Shown in pieces: positions 10,301 to 21,665 of a stretch of DNA of 64,000 bases (position 1 is the first letter of the stretch; each line of letters opens with the position of its first letter). The DNA is from Podarcis vaucheri (Eukaryota), in NCBI GenBank assembly GCA_965113315.1, contig OZ220365.1. The stretch is one strand, 5' to 3'. The notes beneath the pieces are model-generated. The model was not told the origin of the DNA, made no database searches, and saw only the letters and a program-made list of their open reading frames with translations. The translations under genes and the position numbers were made by a program.

Positions 10301-13300
10301 ATTCAGAATTTTTGATATTGTTGGTCAACATAAGTTGTTCCAGTTAGTTGTAGAAGCTGAATTTGTGAGTTCTTATTCCACTTCAAAAAATGATGTCTAT
10401 CCACAGATTCAAAAACTGGCAGCCAGCACACAGATTTCAGGAGGTATCTTGGAGACAGAGGCCCAGTGAAGGATTCTAAGTGGTTCATGCAGAAAGAGTA
10501 GGAGACTGGGTCTGTTTGAAATACTGACCTGAGATTTACTTTTTCTTAAGAGAATGATTTCTGAAGCCTTCTCCATGATCTGAGCTATTACAGCAGCTGG
10601 AAATATAACTACTAAAACTCACACTCAGCTCTTGTGGCATTCGTAAATCTGCTTATTGTTTTGTTTGCAGAACAGTGATGACCCAGGCAGGCATAGTTCT
10701 AAAAGTGCACTATAAGAGCCATGTCATTAGTTTGGTCCTTTTTATAGATATGGAGCCCAGAACTATAGCATTTAGCAACTCTTGATATAATTGATTCTTT
10801 CTAAATCAGGCACTGCTATGTGCTAGCTTCCCTGAGCTTACAAATGAGATGTCAAGAGTTGTATGTAAAATGATGAGCAGTGCAGAATTCACTAACCTGT
10901 GATGTTTTCTTCTTTTAATTAGGCAGAAGATGGGAACATAGAATACAAGGTGAGTTACTTGTGGGATGGGCTCTAGATACCAAGTTCTTAAGAGCCATAT
11001 GTCAAATTATGTTACGAGTCATACTAGTACCTAGCAATTAGAGTATATTGCTGCAAACAAAACAATACTTTTTGGAAAACACAAAGCAAATGAAATGTTT
11101 GTGGTTGTATTGGATATTTCGTATTTAATTTTACTGAATCTGGGGACCTCTCTTCAAAAACTAATATTAAGTAGTAGACAACCTGTAATAATTAATCAAG
11201 ATATTTTTGCTCTTGGATATTTTTTCAGATTTGTTACCCAGTGAATTGTTTTTTTCTTTTATTGAGCTGCCTGGAGTTTAACTGCTGCATCTGAACTCGA
11301 CAGAGTCACTCAGAACAAATGATAAACTGTTCAACCCAATTCATGACTTGTATAAAAATGGTCAAACTCTAGTGAAGAACTCTACTTTTTTTCTTAAAAA
11401 AAAAAGCAAATTGCTTGCCCATATCAGATCTCCTTGCTTGTTGACTGTAATCACTCCTTTCTTTGGGCAGCTGAAACTAGTTAATCCTTCCCAGTACCGC
11501 TTTGAACACCTAGTAACGCAGATGAAGTGGCGACTACAAGAAGGCCGTGGTGAGGCAGTGTACCAGATTGGTGTAGAGGACAACGGACTGCTGGTAGGAC
11601 TGTCAGAAGACGAGATGCGTGCCTCTCTCAAAACACTGCGGCGGATGGCTGAGAAGTATGTGCATCTGTCCTACTTCTGGGCCAGAGCAAGCAAATTATG
11701 CTTCATTATTTCCACAAATGAGCTGGCATTCTGGTTTTGCTATCCCACAGAATATTTCCAGCCTAGGAAAATGCATTCCTTTGCCCTAAGGGTTTTTTCT
11801 CACATTACCATAATCCCTTAAGTGCACCTACTGGCAAGTCACACTTGTAAGAAGAGAGTGTTCCTTAAAAAAAAAAATCCTATGTAGTTTCCTTGCACAG
11901 CAGGTGCCTGATTCTGTCTGAAAAGAAGCCCAATCTGGCTGGTTTCTCACTAATCAGTGCTAATACAGTCAGTATTCTTCTCTATTAGATTTATTTAATG
12001 AGAACTACATAGTTGGCTATATTTGCACACATTGTTTTAACCCACTTTACTCCTCTATGGTGAGAACTTTATATGTCTGTGTTGTCATGTCTAGTGATTT
12101 CAAATGAGCAGCTGCATGATCTGGCTAGTAAATGGTTTGTGATATGTGGTGGCGTACATTTCCCCAGAATCCTTAGTTATTAAATTTGGAAAACTGGGCT
12201 AATATCTATGCTGAAATGTCACATGTGAATGTCCTCACCCCCCACAAAATTGGCAAGCAAGCTATTACTTAATGGTCAGAGATCGATGAGGGCTTGCCAA
12301 ATGGGGAACCAGACAACATTTTCCCTGAATTTGTAGGCTGTGTCCACATGAGGCCTTTCTGAAAGACACAGCAAGATAGTCCTGTTCCATCATCTATTGA
12401 GGAAGTTGTTGCAGTTGATGTATTAACACCCAATGGCTTTCTGTTTTATAATGTGCAGAGTAGGAGCTGACATCACAGTGTTACGGGAAAGAGAAGTGGA
12501 TTATGACAGTGATATTCCCAGGAAAATAACAGAGGTCCTTGTCCGAAAGGTCCCAGATAATCAGCAGGTAACCCACTCAATTCAAATGCCCTCTGATACA
12601 AGCAGTTTGTTGTTTAGAAAGTTGCAACTGGAACTTCGTGTCCCATGAAGGTATTTCAAAGGATGCTCCATTGGCTAGTGCTTTGGAGAGCTGCCGTACA
12701 TCACATTATACAAATTGTCCTAGTGATTTTGAATCCCTTAGTGTTTTACTCTGCAAGGCAGTCAAGGTCTGAATCACACCTTGCACTTCAAAAACTCTTC
12801 TATAGGTTAGTTCTGTTTCAAAATATGCTTGTACAGCTCTTCATTTTCCCCTTAAGTTCCTAGATCTGCGAGTGGCTGTGCTTGGGAATGTGGATTCAGG
12901 CAAGTCAACTCTGTTGGGTGTCTTGACTCAAGGAGAGCTGGATAACGGGCGAGGTAGAGCTCGTCTCAACCTCTTTCGGCACTTGCACGAGATCCAATCT
13001 GGGAGGACGTCCAGCATCAGCTTTGAAATTCTTGGCTTTAACAGCAAAGGAGAGGTATGTTTGTGCTGCTGCGTTGCTGTCTTGCTCCTTTCATTCAAAA
13101 TATGGCTTCTTGCCTTGGCTTTTGAATGCTCAACAGCAGTGTCTTCTGTCTAGGTGGTCAACTACAGTGATTCGCGGACAGCTGAAGAGATCTGCGAGAG
13201 CTCCTCTAAGATGATCACTTTCATTGACTTGGCTGGCCATCACAAGTACCTTAAAACCACTATCTTTGGGCTCACAAGTTACTGCCCCGATTTTGCAATG

Positions 13301-16300
13301 CTGGTGGTGAGCGCTAATACGGGAATTGGTAAGCGGCATGTTGCGTGTTATGATTTAATCATATTTTGAGACCTAGGCATGACACATCTCGTTCAAAGAT
13401 GATGTGCAGTCAATAAAAATCAACACCTCACTCCTTGTAGCACAGTAATACATATGCCCATTTCAAGCAGAATGTAAACTGCTCTGGGGTCTCGTCTTCT
13501 CAACTTGTTTCCTCCCTGCCATCCTATCTCTTGCAGCAGGCACAACACGAGAACATCTTGGCTTGGCTATGGCCCTCAAGGTCCCCTTCTTCATTGTCAT
13601 TAGCAAAGTAGACTTGTGCTCGAAAGCCACTGTGGAGCGGACAGTGAAGCAGCTGGAGAGGATCCTGAAGCAGCCTGGCTGTAACAAGCTTCCCTTGCTA
13701 GTAACATCGGACGACGATGCCGTCACTGCGGCACAGCAATTTGCACAGTCTCCCAAGTAAGAATCACTTGCCCTTCTCAGCATGGGAGGGAAGATCACTT
13801 GGTGACATGGGTGGTGCAATTGCAACGAACTCGCTAGAGGAAGAATGGATTTAAGGAGAAAGGTGCGAGTACCTCCAGGTCTGTGGAATATTGCAGTGTG
13901 ACTAATGGGATCACTCTCATGTTCTACTTTTAAAAACCTGCAAGGATGAAGTTCTTACCCCACTGGCTTAACTAGGTGGTACAGGCGTTAGTAGTTCTAG
14001 TGGTGCATTATGGGACTAGATAACTTATGCCTCCGATATGATTGCATCCTGAACTGTTGCAGCCTGTAGTACATTTCCATGAGAAGGAGAAACAAGCCAG
14101 GTTCTCTCTGTTTTGAATGGACTTCTTATGTTTTTGTTGTATTTTATTTAAATGTGAATTGTTAATGTAAGCCTTCCCAAGGATTCCTGTTACAAGGCAG
14201 TATTTAAATAGGTAAAATTATAAAGGCAAGTGAGACCGGGACTGCAGTACAGAACTAAGATCAGACCTATTTATGGGCACAGCAGCAAGTTTGTGTAATC
14301 CTAGATGTCTCCTCTCAAACTTCTCTGGGAGCCAATCATAGGGACTTGTTCCCTCTGCCTATTTACTTGTAAAAGTCAAGTTCCCATTGTGTTCAATGGC
14401 AATCGTACACAGAATTACAGCTCACCATCATATTTCTTTCATGTGCGTTGGCAGCATCACTCCTATCTTCACCTTGTCCAGTGTTTCTGGAGATAACCTG
14501 GATCACCTGAAAGTTTTCCTCAACATCCTTCCTCCTCTGACAAACAGCAAAGAACAGGAAGAGCTTATGCAGCAACTCACTGAGTTCCAGGTACACAAGG
14601 CTCTCTCGATGTTATTGGGAGTCTCAAACAGTAAGTACCTTCATGTGTCGAGGGCAAGGACATCTTGGAGATGGAAGGATGGTCGCCCAGTGAGATTGTG
14701 GCTGGCTCTATTTATGGTTGGCTTTTATACAAAGAAAGGGATTTGATTTAGGTCCCTGGTATCATTTAGTTGATTCTCTAGCTTATTTCATTTGTAGACA
14801 AACATAGGAAATGCCTGCAGAATGGGTATTCACTGAGGGCTGGTACTCTGGGATGCTTGAGACGTGAGAAATAGTGTAAGGAAGAAAGTGCTCAGGAATG
14901 GGTTCTGAGGTCCTGTGGACAGAACTGTATCGACACTCATGAGAAAGGGGGGTGGGGTGGCAGGCCTAGCCATATAGCAGGTCTCAAGCTCCTGATTTTG
15001 TCTTGCTGCAGGTGGATGAAATCTATACAGTACCAGAGGTGGGCACTGTTGTTGGAGGAACTCTGTCAAGGTGGGTGTTGCTATTTGCATGGTGCCTTGG
15101 GGTCAGTATTGATAGGGAGGGGATGCAGAAGAGCTTCTGTCCCCCAGGGGAGGACTGGCAGTGTAGTTTAGCATTTCCTTCCTCATTGTAGGCTTGGGAA
15201 TACTGTGCAGGTGGAAGCTGAACACCTTGTCTCAATAATCAAGGGGATACAATTTCACTTCAAGGACAGAAGTGACTGTGAAAGAGAAATGAGAATACAT
15301 ACAAAGGGATTCATTCCCTGTGGGATATAGAGGGTAGCTGACATGGGAAAGACTGTAAAGAAACTGCCCCAGGATATGTTTTAAGAAGGTAGAAAGCAAA
15401 AGCTTTCCCTTTCTATGAGAGCTAAATACACACTCCTGATTTTTGTGCCCTTGCCAGCGGGATATGTAGAGAGGGAGATAACTTGGTGGTTGGTCCAACC
15501 GATGATGGCAAGTTCCTCCAGCTGAAAGTGTGCAGTATGCAGCGAAATCGTTCGGCATGCCGTGTGCTTCGGGCTGGGCAAGCTGCCACGCTGGCTCTTG
15601 GGCACTTTGACCGCTCGCTGCTGCGCAAAGTGAGTCCGTCTCCTATTTCTGGGAGCTGTGGTTTTAAAAAGCTTCCCCCTACCCTCTTGGGAACCATGTG
15701 TTGTGAAGGGATGATATTGTGAGGGACTGTGGTTCCTCTGGAACTCCTGCTTGAGAAGACACCCTAAAATGCTGCAGGCAATATACTCAAGTCATTTTGA
15801 TTCGGGATCAGGGGTTGGGAATAGTTGAATCCATGGCTTTGGGTGGTTTGCTTCCACAAAAAACTACAATGAAGAAAATGGAGTCAAAGCCATTGAGCAG
15901 AAGGAGGCAATTAAACACTCCCCACACATCCTCACCCACTGTTAGTCTGTCTTCATCATGTACACACTTCTTATCTTACCCTTCCATTTTTTGGCTTTCT
16001 GTGGAGAGGCCAGCTTTCTGCAAATGGAAAACTGGGCACTTCATGAAGGACAGTAGCAGTCCACCTAGTGTGCATGTATTGGGGAAAAGAGGAGCGCCAT
16101 TGTCAATAGTATTGGTTCAGCTGTCTTGCTGTCACTTAGGGTATGGTGATGGTCAGCCCAGAGATGAATCCCACCATTTGCTCAGTGTTTGAAGCTGAAA
16201 TTGTTCTGCTCTTCCATGCCACAACTTTCCGGAAGGGATTTCAAGTAACGGTGCATGTTGGCAATGTACGACAAACAGCAATTGTGGAGAAGATCCACGG

Positions 16301-16799
16301 GAAGGTAGGTCTTTGAGAAGCGGGGTGCTTTTCTAGTCTATTCAAGGAATCATTCCATTGCTTTCACGTCTTCATCCTGCATCAGTTATTGTAACCATGA
16401 CATTAGGACTCCCTTCTGCAATGCCTCCACCATTTAAGAAGAGAATCTGCATTGTTAAATCCACTAGGAGTTTCATAAACACACAAAGCATATTGGGACT
16501 GAATTGCTCAGTGGCCTTAAACATCCCCCTCACTTCCTAGAATCCCTAAGCCGAGTAGCTAGGCGACTGACCTTGTAACTCATATTATTTTCCTCTTTCA
16601 GGATAAGCTGCGTACAGGAGAAAAGGCTGTGGTATGTTTCAGATTCATTAAACATCCTGAATATTTGAAGATAGGAGCCAAATTGCTGTTCCGTGAAGGA
16701 GTTACCAAAGGTATTGGACATGTCACTTATATCCAAGCCATCACCATCGAAGAGAATGGACTGGATCAGGGCTTAAGTTCTGACCTGGTCACTTTCTGA
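7081..16799 (+). CDS. GTPBP2: GTP-binding protein 2 (translational GTPase, ribosome rescue), 12 exons: join(7081..7266,10923..10949,11471..11655,12459..12567,12857..13054,13154..13328,13537..13756,14455..14590,15012..15070,15458..15629,16140..16304,16602..16799), 609 aa
   Basis: The N-terminus reads [15 protein letters not shown]...[18 protein letters not shown]. The G motifs are present: P-loop GNVDSGKS, G2 GRTSS, G3 DLAG, G4 SKVD, followed by the C-terminal beta-barrels. All introns are GT-AG and the 1830 nt total is in frame to TGA at 16797-16799. Confidence 0.97.
8103..8236. mobile_element. hAT-like MITE
   Basis: The termini are CGGTGCTATTTTT...AAAAAAGCCCTG, with flanks GTTGTTCC/GTTGTCCC as an 8-bp TSD. 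Confidence 0.6.
8770..8905. mobile_element. hAT (Charlie-like) palindromic MITE
   Basis: 16-bp perfect TIR CAGGCATCCCCAACCT and perfect 8-bp TSD GTCTAGAG. Confidence 0.9.
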
Positions 16800-18754
16800 C
16801 TCACAAAATCAGTGGGGTTTCCTGATGTTAGCAATAGGGGAAGGGAAGAAAGTCTCTCCCTACTGTCCAGAGCTGCTGCTGGCCAGTCAATTTACATGGA
16901 CAAACCCCTTCTGCTCCTGCGGAAGCTAGAACTGCCGCTTGGATTGAGTGCCCCTCCTGGAGCGAGTTAAGCATGTTGTTTGTTCATCACCTGCTGCTTT
17001 CATGTCCCTTCCCCGGAATAGATGAAAGCGGCTGCATCTTTGCCTGGACCGGCAACTCCTGGTTCTGTTGACTTTTGTTGGGAAGTTACTGCCGGGTAGA
17101 GGGCAAAGCCATTAGTGTGTTGGACTGCAGCTCGGGGATTCTGCTTCCTGAGGCAGCAATAGTGGACATCCATTGCCCACAGCACTCAGTCTCCATTGTC
17201 CTGCTGCCTGATTTTTACAGGCTGCCTGTGACAGATGAAGAAGCTTCAGCTGAAAAGTTTGCATTGCCCACAGTACAGCTCAGGATATTTCTGATTCATT
17301 TTAAACTGTTTGTTGGTTTCATTTTAATCTAATGGCTTATTGGGTCTCCCCCTCCCTACTACCGTTGTGTGCTGATTTTTAACAGCTAATTTCATTGTGG
17401 GTTTTTTGTTTTTGCTTCTAGAGAAAATGTGGGGTTGGGGGTGTGGGAGAAGAGGGACATTTCCCTGAAATAACCCTGACCTGATGGAAACCACTGTCCC
17501 CATCTCATGCAGCAGGTACAATCACAAACATCTTAAGAGAACTTATTCCTGGGCAGAGTTGAGCAGCTACCCTATATATAATGTGGCTTCCTAGAACATA
17601 ACTGCCCTCCCCCTTTAGCTTTGACACTTCTCAGTACTTTGCTGGGTTTCTGAGCCGTTGTTGTTCACCATCTTGACTGAAAGATCGGTACCGTCTGGCT
17701 TTCGTTAGGAGTTCAATAGCACCCCAATCCAACTCGTTCCTTGGGAAACATGCCTTACTTTCCCAAAGCCAAAGCAGTAAGCGCTGCTTGGTTATCCCAG
17801 GAAGATTTGAAGTGTTGCTACAATTACTTTTACTACAATTATCAACGCTGCCTACTGCAGCAGTGTGTCTATATTGCTGGTATGCACCACAGAAAACCAT
17901 ACGATACCTAAGATTTCAATCAGTTCATTTAAAGCTATAGTGAATGCGCCTGGAGTTTGCAATAGAGCGAGACAGTCAAACATTGTGGGCTATTTTTAAC
18001 ATATTGGTAGGAAATTATATTTTAAAAGTCAGCAATACATTTCTCGTTTTTGCCTATCCCCATCTTAGCCACTGCTGCACTGAGTGTTCAGCTGCTACAG
18101 CCAACATTGCCAGTGAAAACAACGATCCATTTTTATTCACTATAAAACGCACACCCTTGTTAGTTCACCTCAATCCAACAGCTGTTTATTTAATGCAAGT
18201 ACACTTTGAGATTTAACTTGTAGCTGCGCAACCATACAGCCAGCTTCCAAGTTGATGCTTTTTAAATATAACCCACAATCATTTATCTTTCTGCTAATCA
18301 TCCTTTTAATAGCACAATGGACAGTTAACTATAAAGTAGTAGTAAACATGGCCCAAAGCATCATGGTTATTTGCTGATTAAATTGGTTTCTCTCTCAATT
18401 GCCCTTTAATCACTTGGATTGGTTCTACAAGAGGCATTTTTGGATCGCTTGTTTTAGAAAAGACGAAGAAAATTGGCTGCCTAATGCACTCCTCTAGAGG
18501 GTTTGCTGTAACCCATTGCCACTACATACTTGTCCTGTGGGAGGAATAGGTGCTTTCCCTGCAATTTACAGTTCTGGCAGAGTTAACCCCATTGCAGACA
18601 AACATTCAAAGGTGCTCTTTCTGGTTGTCTTTTCCTTGCCTTCTGTTGTGTGAGTGTTCTCAGTGCCATGCTTTTCATATTCACTGTTTGTGGATTCTTT
18701 AAAAATCAGAGAGGTGTTTTCATCTCTCTCTATATATAGATATATAATGTACAA

Positions 18755-18771
18755 AATAAAGATGTTTTATT
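18755..18771. terminator. Likely GTPBP2 poly(A) signal (AATAAA, +) abutting an opposite-strand AATAAA
   Basis: The sequence reads TGTACAAAATAAAGATGTTTTATT, about 1.95 kb after the GTPBP2 stop, with an upstream UGUA. Confidence 0.6.
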
Positions 18772-19202
18772 GAAAAGGATAAAATTGTGCTGTGCGGCTG
18801 AACAGCAACTTGTGCCAGCCTTGAGACGGCAGGCAATATGAGGAGGCTTTTCTGTTTTCCATGCAGATGAGTGTTTACAAGTTGGTAGCACATGCTTATC
18901 TGACATTCCGCAGTGCGTGCAGAGAACTATCGGCCTGACCACAGCAGTTTTGAGTATAAAGGGGAGGATTGTATGCTGCTGCTTGCTTGCAGAGATAGTG
19001 AATTTTTGAAGGTTTCTCTACTCCCACACTATGCCAATAGGTCTCTGGATAAAGATAACGCAAGAACTTCTGCCACTTGCATTTGAAATAGCAAAGTGCC
19101 ACATGTTTTGCCAATTATATGACTAGTTCCTTTATCCTAATAGCACTGAATCCACCATCTGTGGGATGAAGCTCTTGCTTAGCCTGTTTGTTATGTTAGT
19201 AA

Positions 19203-19564
19203 GGTAAAGGTAAAGGTACCCCTGCCCAAACGGGCCAGTCTTGCCAGACTCTGGGGTTTGTGCGCCCATCTCACATTTATTGGCCGGGGGCCAGCGCTGT
19301 CCGGAGACACTTCCGGGTCACGTGGCCAGCGTGACAACGCTGCTCTGGCGAGCCAGAGCCGCACACGGAACGCCGTTTACCTTCCCGCTGGTAAGCGGTA
19401 CCTATTTATCTACTTGCCCCCGGGGGTGCTTTCGAACTGCTAGGTTGGCAGGCGCTGGGACCGAGCAGCGGGAGCGCACCCCGCCGCGGGGATTCGAACC
19501 GCCGACCTTTCGATCGGCAAGCCCTAGGCGCTGAGGCTTTAGCCCATAGCGCCACCCGCGTCCC
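19203..19564 (-). mobile_element. Sauria SINE, full length
   Basis: GGGACGCGGGTGGCGCT head with a GGTTCGAATCC B box, an (ACCTTT)n tail and a 16-bp TSD TTTGTTATGTTAGTAA. Confidence 0.92.
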
Positions 19565-21059
19565 TTTGTTATGTTAGTAATACTGCCTAAAATCAGGTGC
19601 TGTTGCTAGCATTGTTTCCATCCTATTGTGTACAGTAACAACAAAACAGGCTGCAATTTCTATACAGAAGCCCCAAACCTGCCAATATTTCTTTCAACAC
19701 ATAAAATTTCCCCTTATTCTGCTTTACTGGATAGTATTTTTGCCTATGAGGAAAATTCCTTTCCAGCAACTTCCACAGAAAAGGGAAAAAAGCAGACCAA
19801 GGTTTTAGCAGGAAGTAAAACAAAACAAGACCAGATAGATATCTTGTGTCTGTAACCTGCGCCTAATAATGCACTCTCTAAAGCCCTATAACTAGTTTGA
19901 AATCCTGTCCCTGATACCACTGAGTGCTACAGGCTGTTAGGATTAAACAGATAGGTTTTGCACTAGCAGTAACCACATTTCCATGGTTCCAGAATATAGT
20001 TGAAGACTTCATACATCATGGGTTTCAAATGGAATATACTTAACTATAGCTCACACCCAAGGAGTTAGAAAGCTGCAATTGGACACTTTTATTTATATCC
20101 TACCTGTCCTCTAAGAAGTTCAAAGTGCCATACATGGTTCTCCATTCCCCCCTCATTTTATCCTCACAAAACCCCTGAGTCAAATTAGGGTGAGAGGCTG
20201 ACTGGCTCAAGGTCACAGAACAAGTTTCATGACAGCAGTGATTTGATCCCTGTTCTACCATCTCCTAGTCCAATACACTAACTGCACCATGCGGCAATAA
20301 TTGCATATGTTTGTTACTATCCAGGTAGGAAAGTTAAAGGTGTAAAACACCCTAAATCATACTGGACAACTTTATTTAAATAAGGTCCTGCTTTTTCATA
20401 TAGATAAAACCTATACTCATCAAGTATTTAATCAAGCCATCAAATTAAAGTACAGATGTTATAGATTTGCCTCAACTCTCCATATGTATACACTGGTTTC
20501 TACACTTTATTTATTTCATAAAATTTATACACGACTCGATTGGAAAATTCACAAGCATACCTTAAAATACACAAGTTAAAATATTAAAGACAGATTAAAA
20601 TCACCTCAGCTTTCTAAGCATCTGGTTAGGCTTGTCTAAACAAGAATGTTTTTAGCAGATGATGAAAAGAGTACCATGAAGACACTTTCTTAATCTCAGC
20701 AGGCGGGGGTTCCAAAGTGCAGGTGCTGCCACACTAAACAATCAGATTCTTAAAAATGCAGAACAGTTATCACATAGCGCCTAGATAGCACCAATTCCGC
20801 TGATCAAAGTGGTCAAATGGACACATGTGGACTTGCACAGCGCTTATTCCAGTATCCATTCAACTCTTGATGACTGTCTTGCCTATGGAAGGGCAATCCC
20901 CACCATAGTAAAAGCCAGTCACAACCTACAACTCTGATCTAAGCAGCTCAATGAGAGAACACATGAGCAGGATGCAGAAGGGCCCAAGTTCATCCCTTGA
21001 CATTTAGTTGCCTAGGAAAGCCCACAAGCAGCACCTCTCTAGATCTTCAAAAGTATGTA

Positions 21060-21261
21060 CAGTGGACGCTCAGGTTGCGAACATGATCCGTGCAGGATGC
21101 ACGTCCGCAACCCGCAGCGGCACGTCTGCGCAGGTTGCAATTTGGCGCTTCTGCGCATCCGCCAAAACTCAGAAGTAACCTGTTCCAGTACTTCTGGGTT
21201 TTGGCGGTCCGTAACTCAAAAAAACCGCAACCTGAAGCGTCTGTAACCTGAGGTATGACTG
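21060..21261. mobile_element. Tc1/mariner (Tigger-like) MITE
   Basis: TA|CAGTGGACGCTCAGGTT...AACCTGAGGTATGACTG|TA. Confidence 0.7.
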
Positions 21262-21562
21262 TATTGCATTTAATACCTCCCTTCTGCCAAGGCTGTTTAC
21301 AAGTTTAAAATACTAAAACAAATGAATGATATACAGTGTAAAGATGGTCCTGTGGAGGGGACAGTCTGACTAGAGACGGCCCCAATGACTACCATAAATT
21401 GGCAGTATCATTAATATGGCACCTTGATGCGACATCTGTCACCATCTGAAGCTACAGAGCAAGAACGTCCTACAGAAGGCATAACAACCTTGACTACCAA
21501 GTGCAGGTTCTCGTAACAACAACTGGGAGTCCTGTAGCTTTCCAAGCACCTGTTTGGAACAA

Positions 21563-21580
21563 TTTATTATCCTGTTTATT
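21563..21580 (-). terminator. Candidate proximal POLH poly(A) signals
   Basis: Plus-strand TTTATT at 21563-21568 and 21575-21580, about 90-100 nt past the stop codon. Confidence 0.4.
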
Positions 21581-21665
21581 TATTTACTTATGGATATAAG
21601 ATAGATAAAGGCAAATAAAGTTGCACCTTCTTTTTCCAAGATAAGCTGCTCAGATGAGCTTCATC

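Noticed and set aside
19490-19564. tRNA-like sequences with A/B boxes (also 31640-31718, 40069-40145 and 54070-54125)
   Set aside because: They are SINE heads, not tRNA genes.
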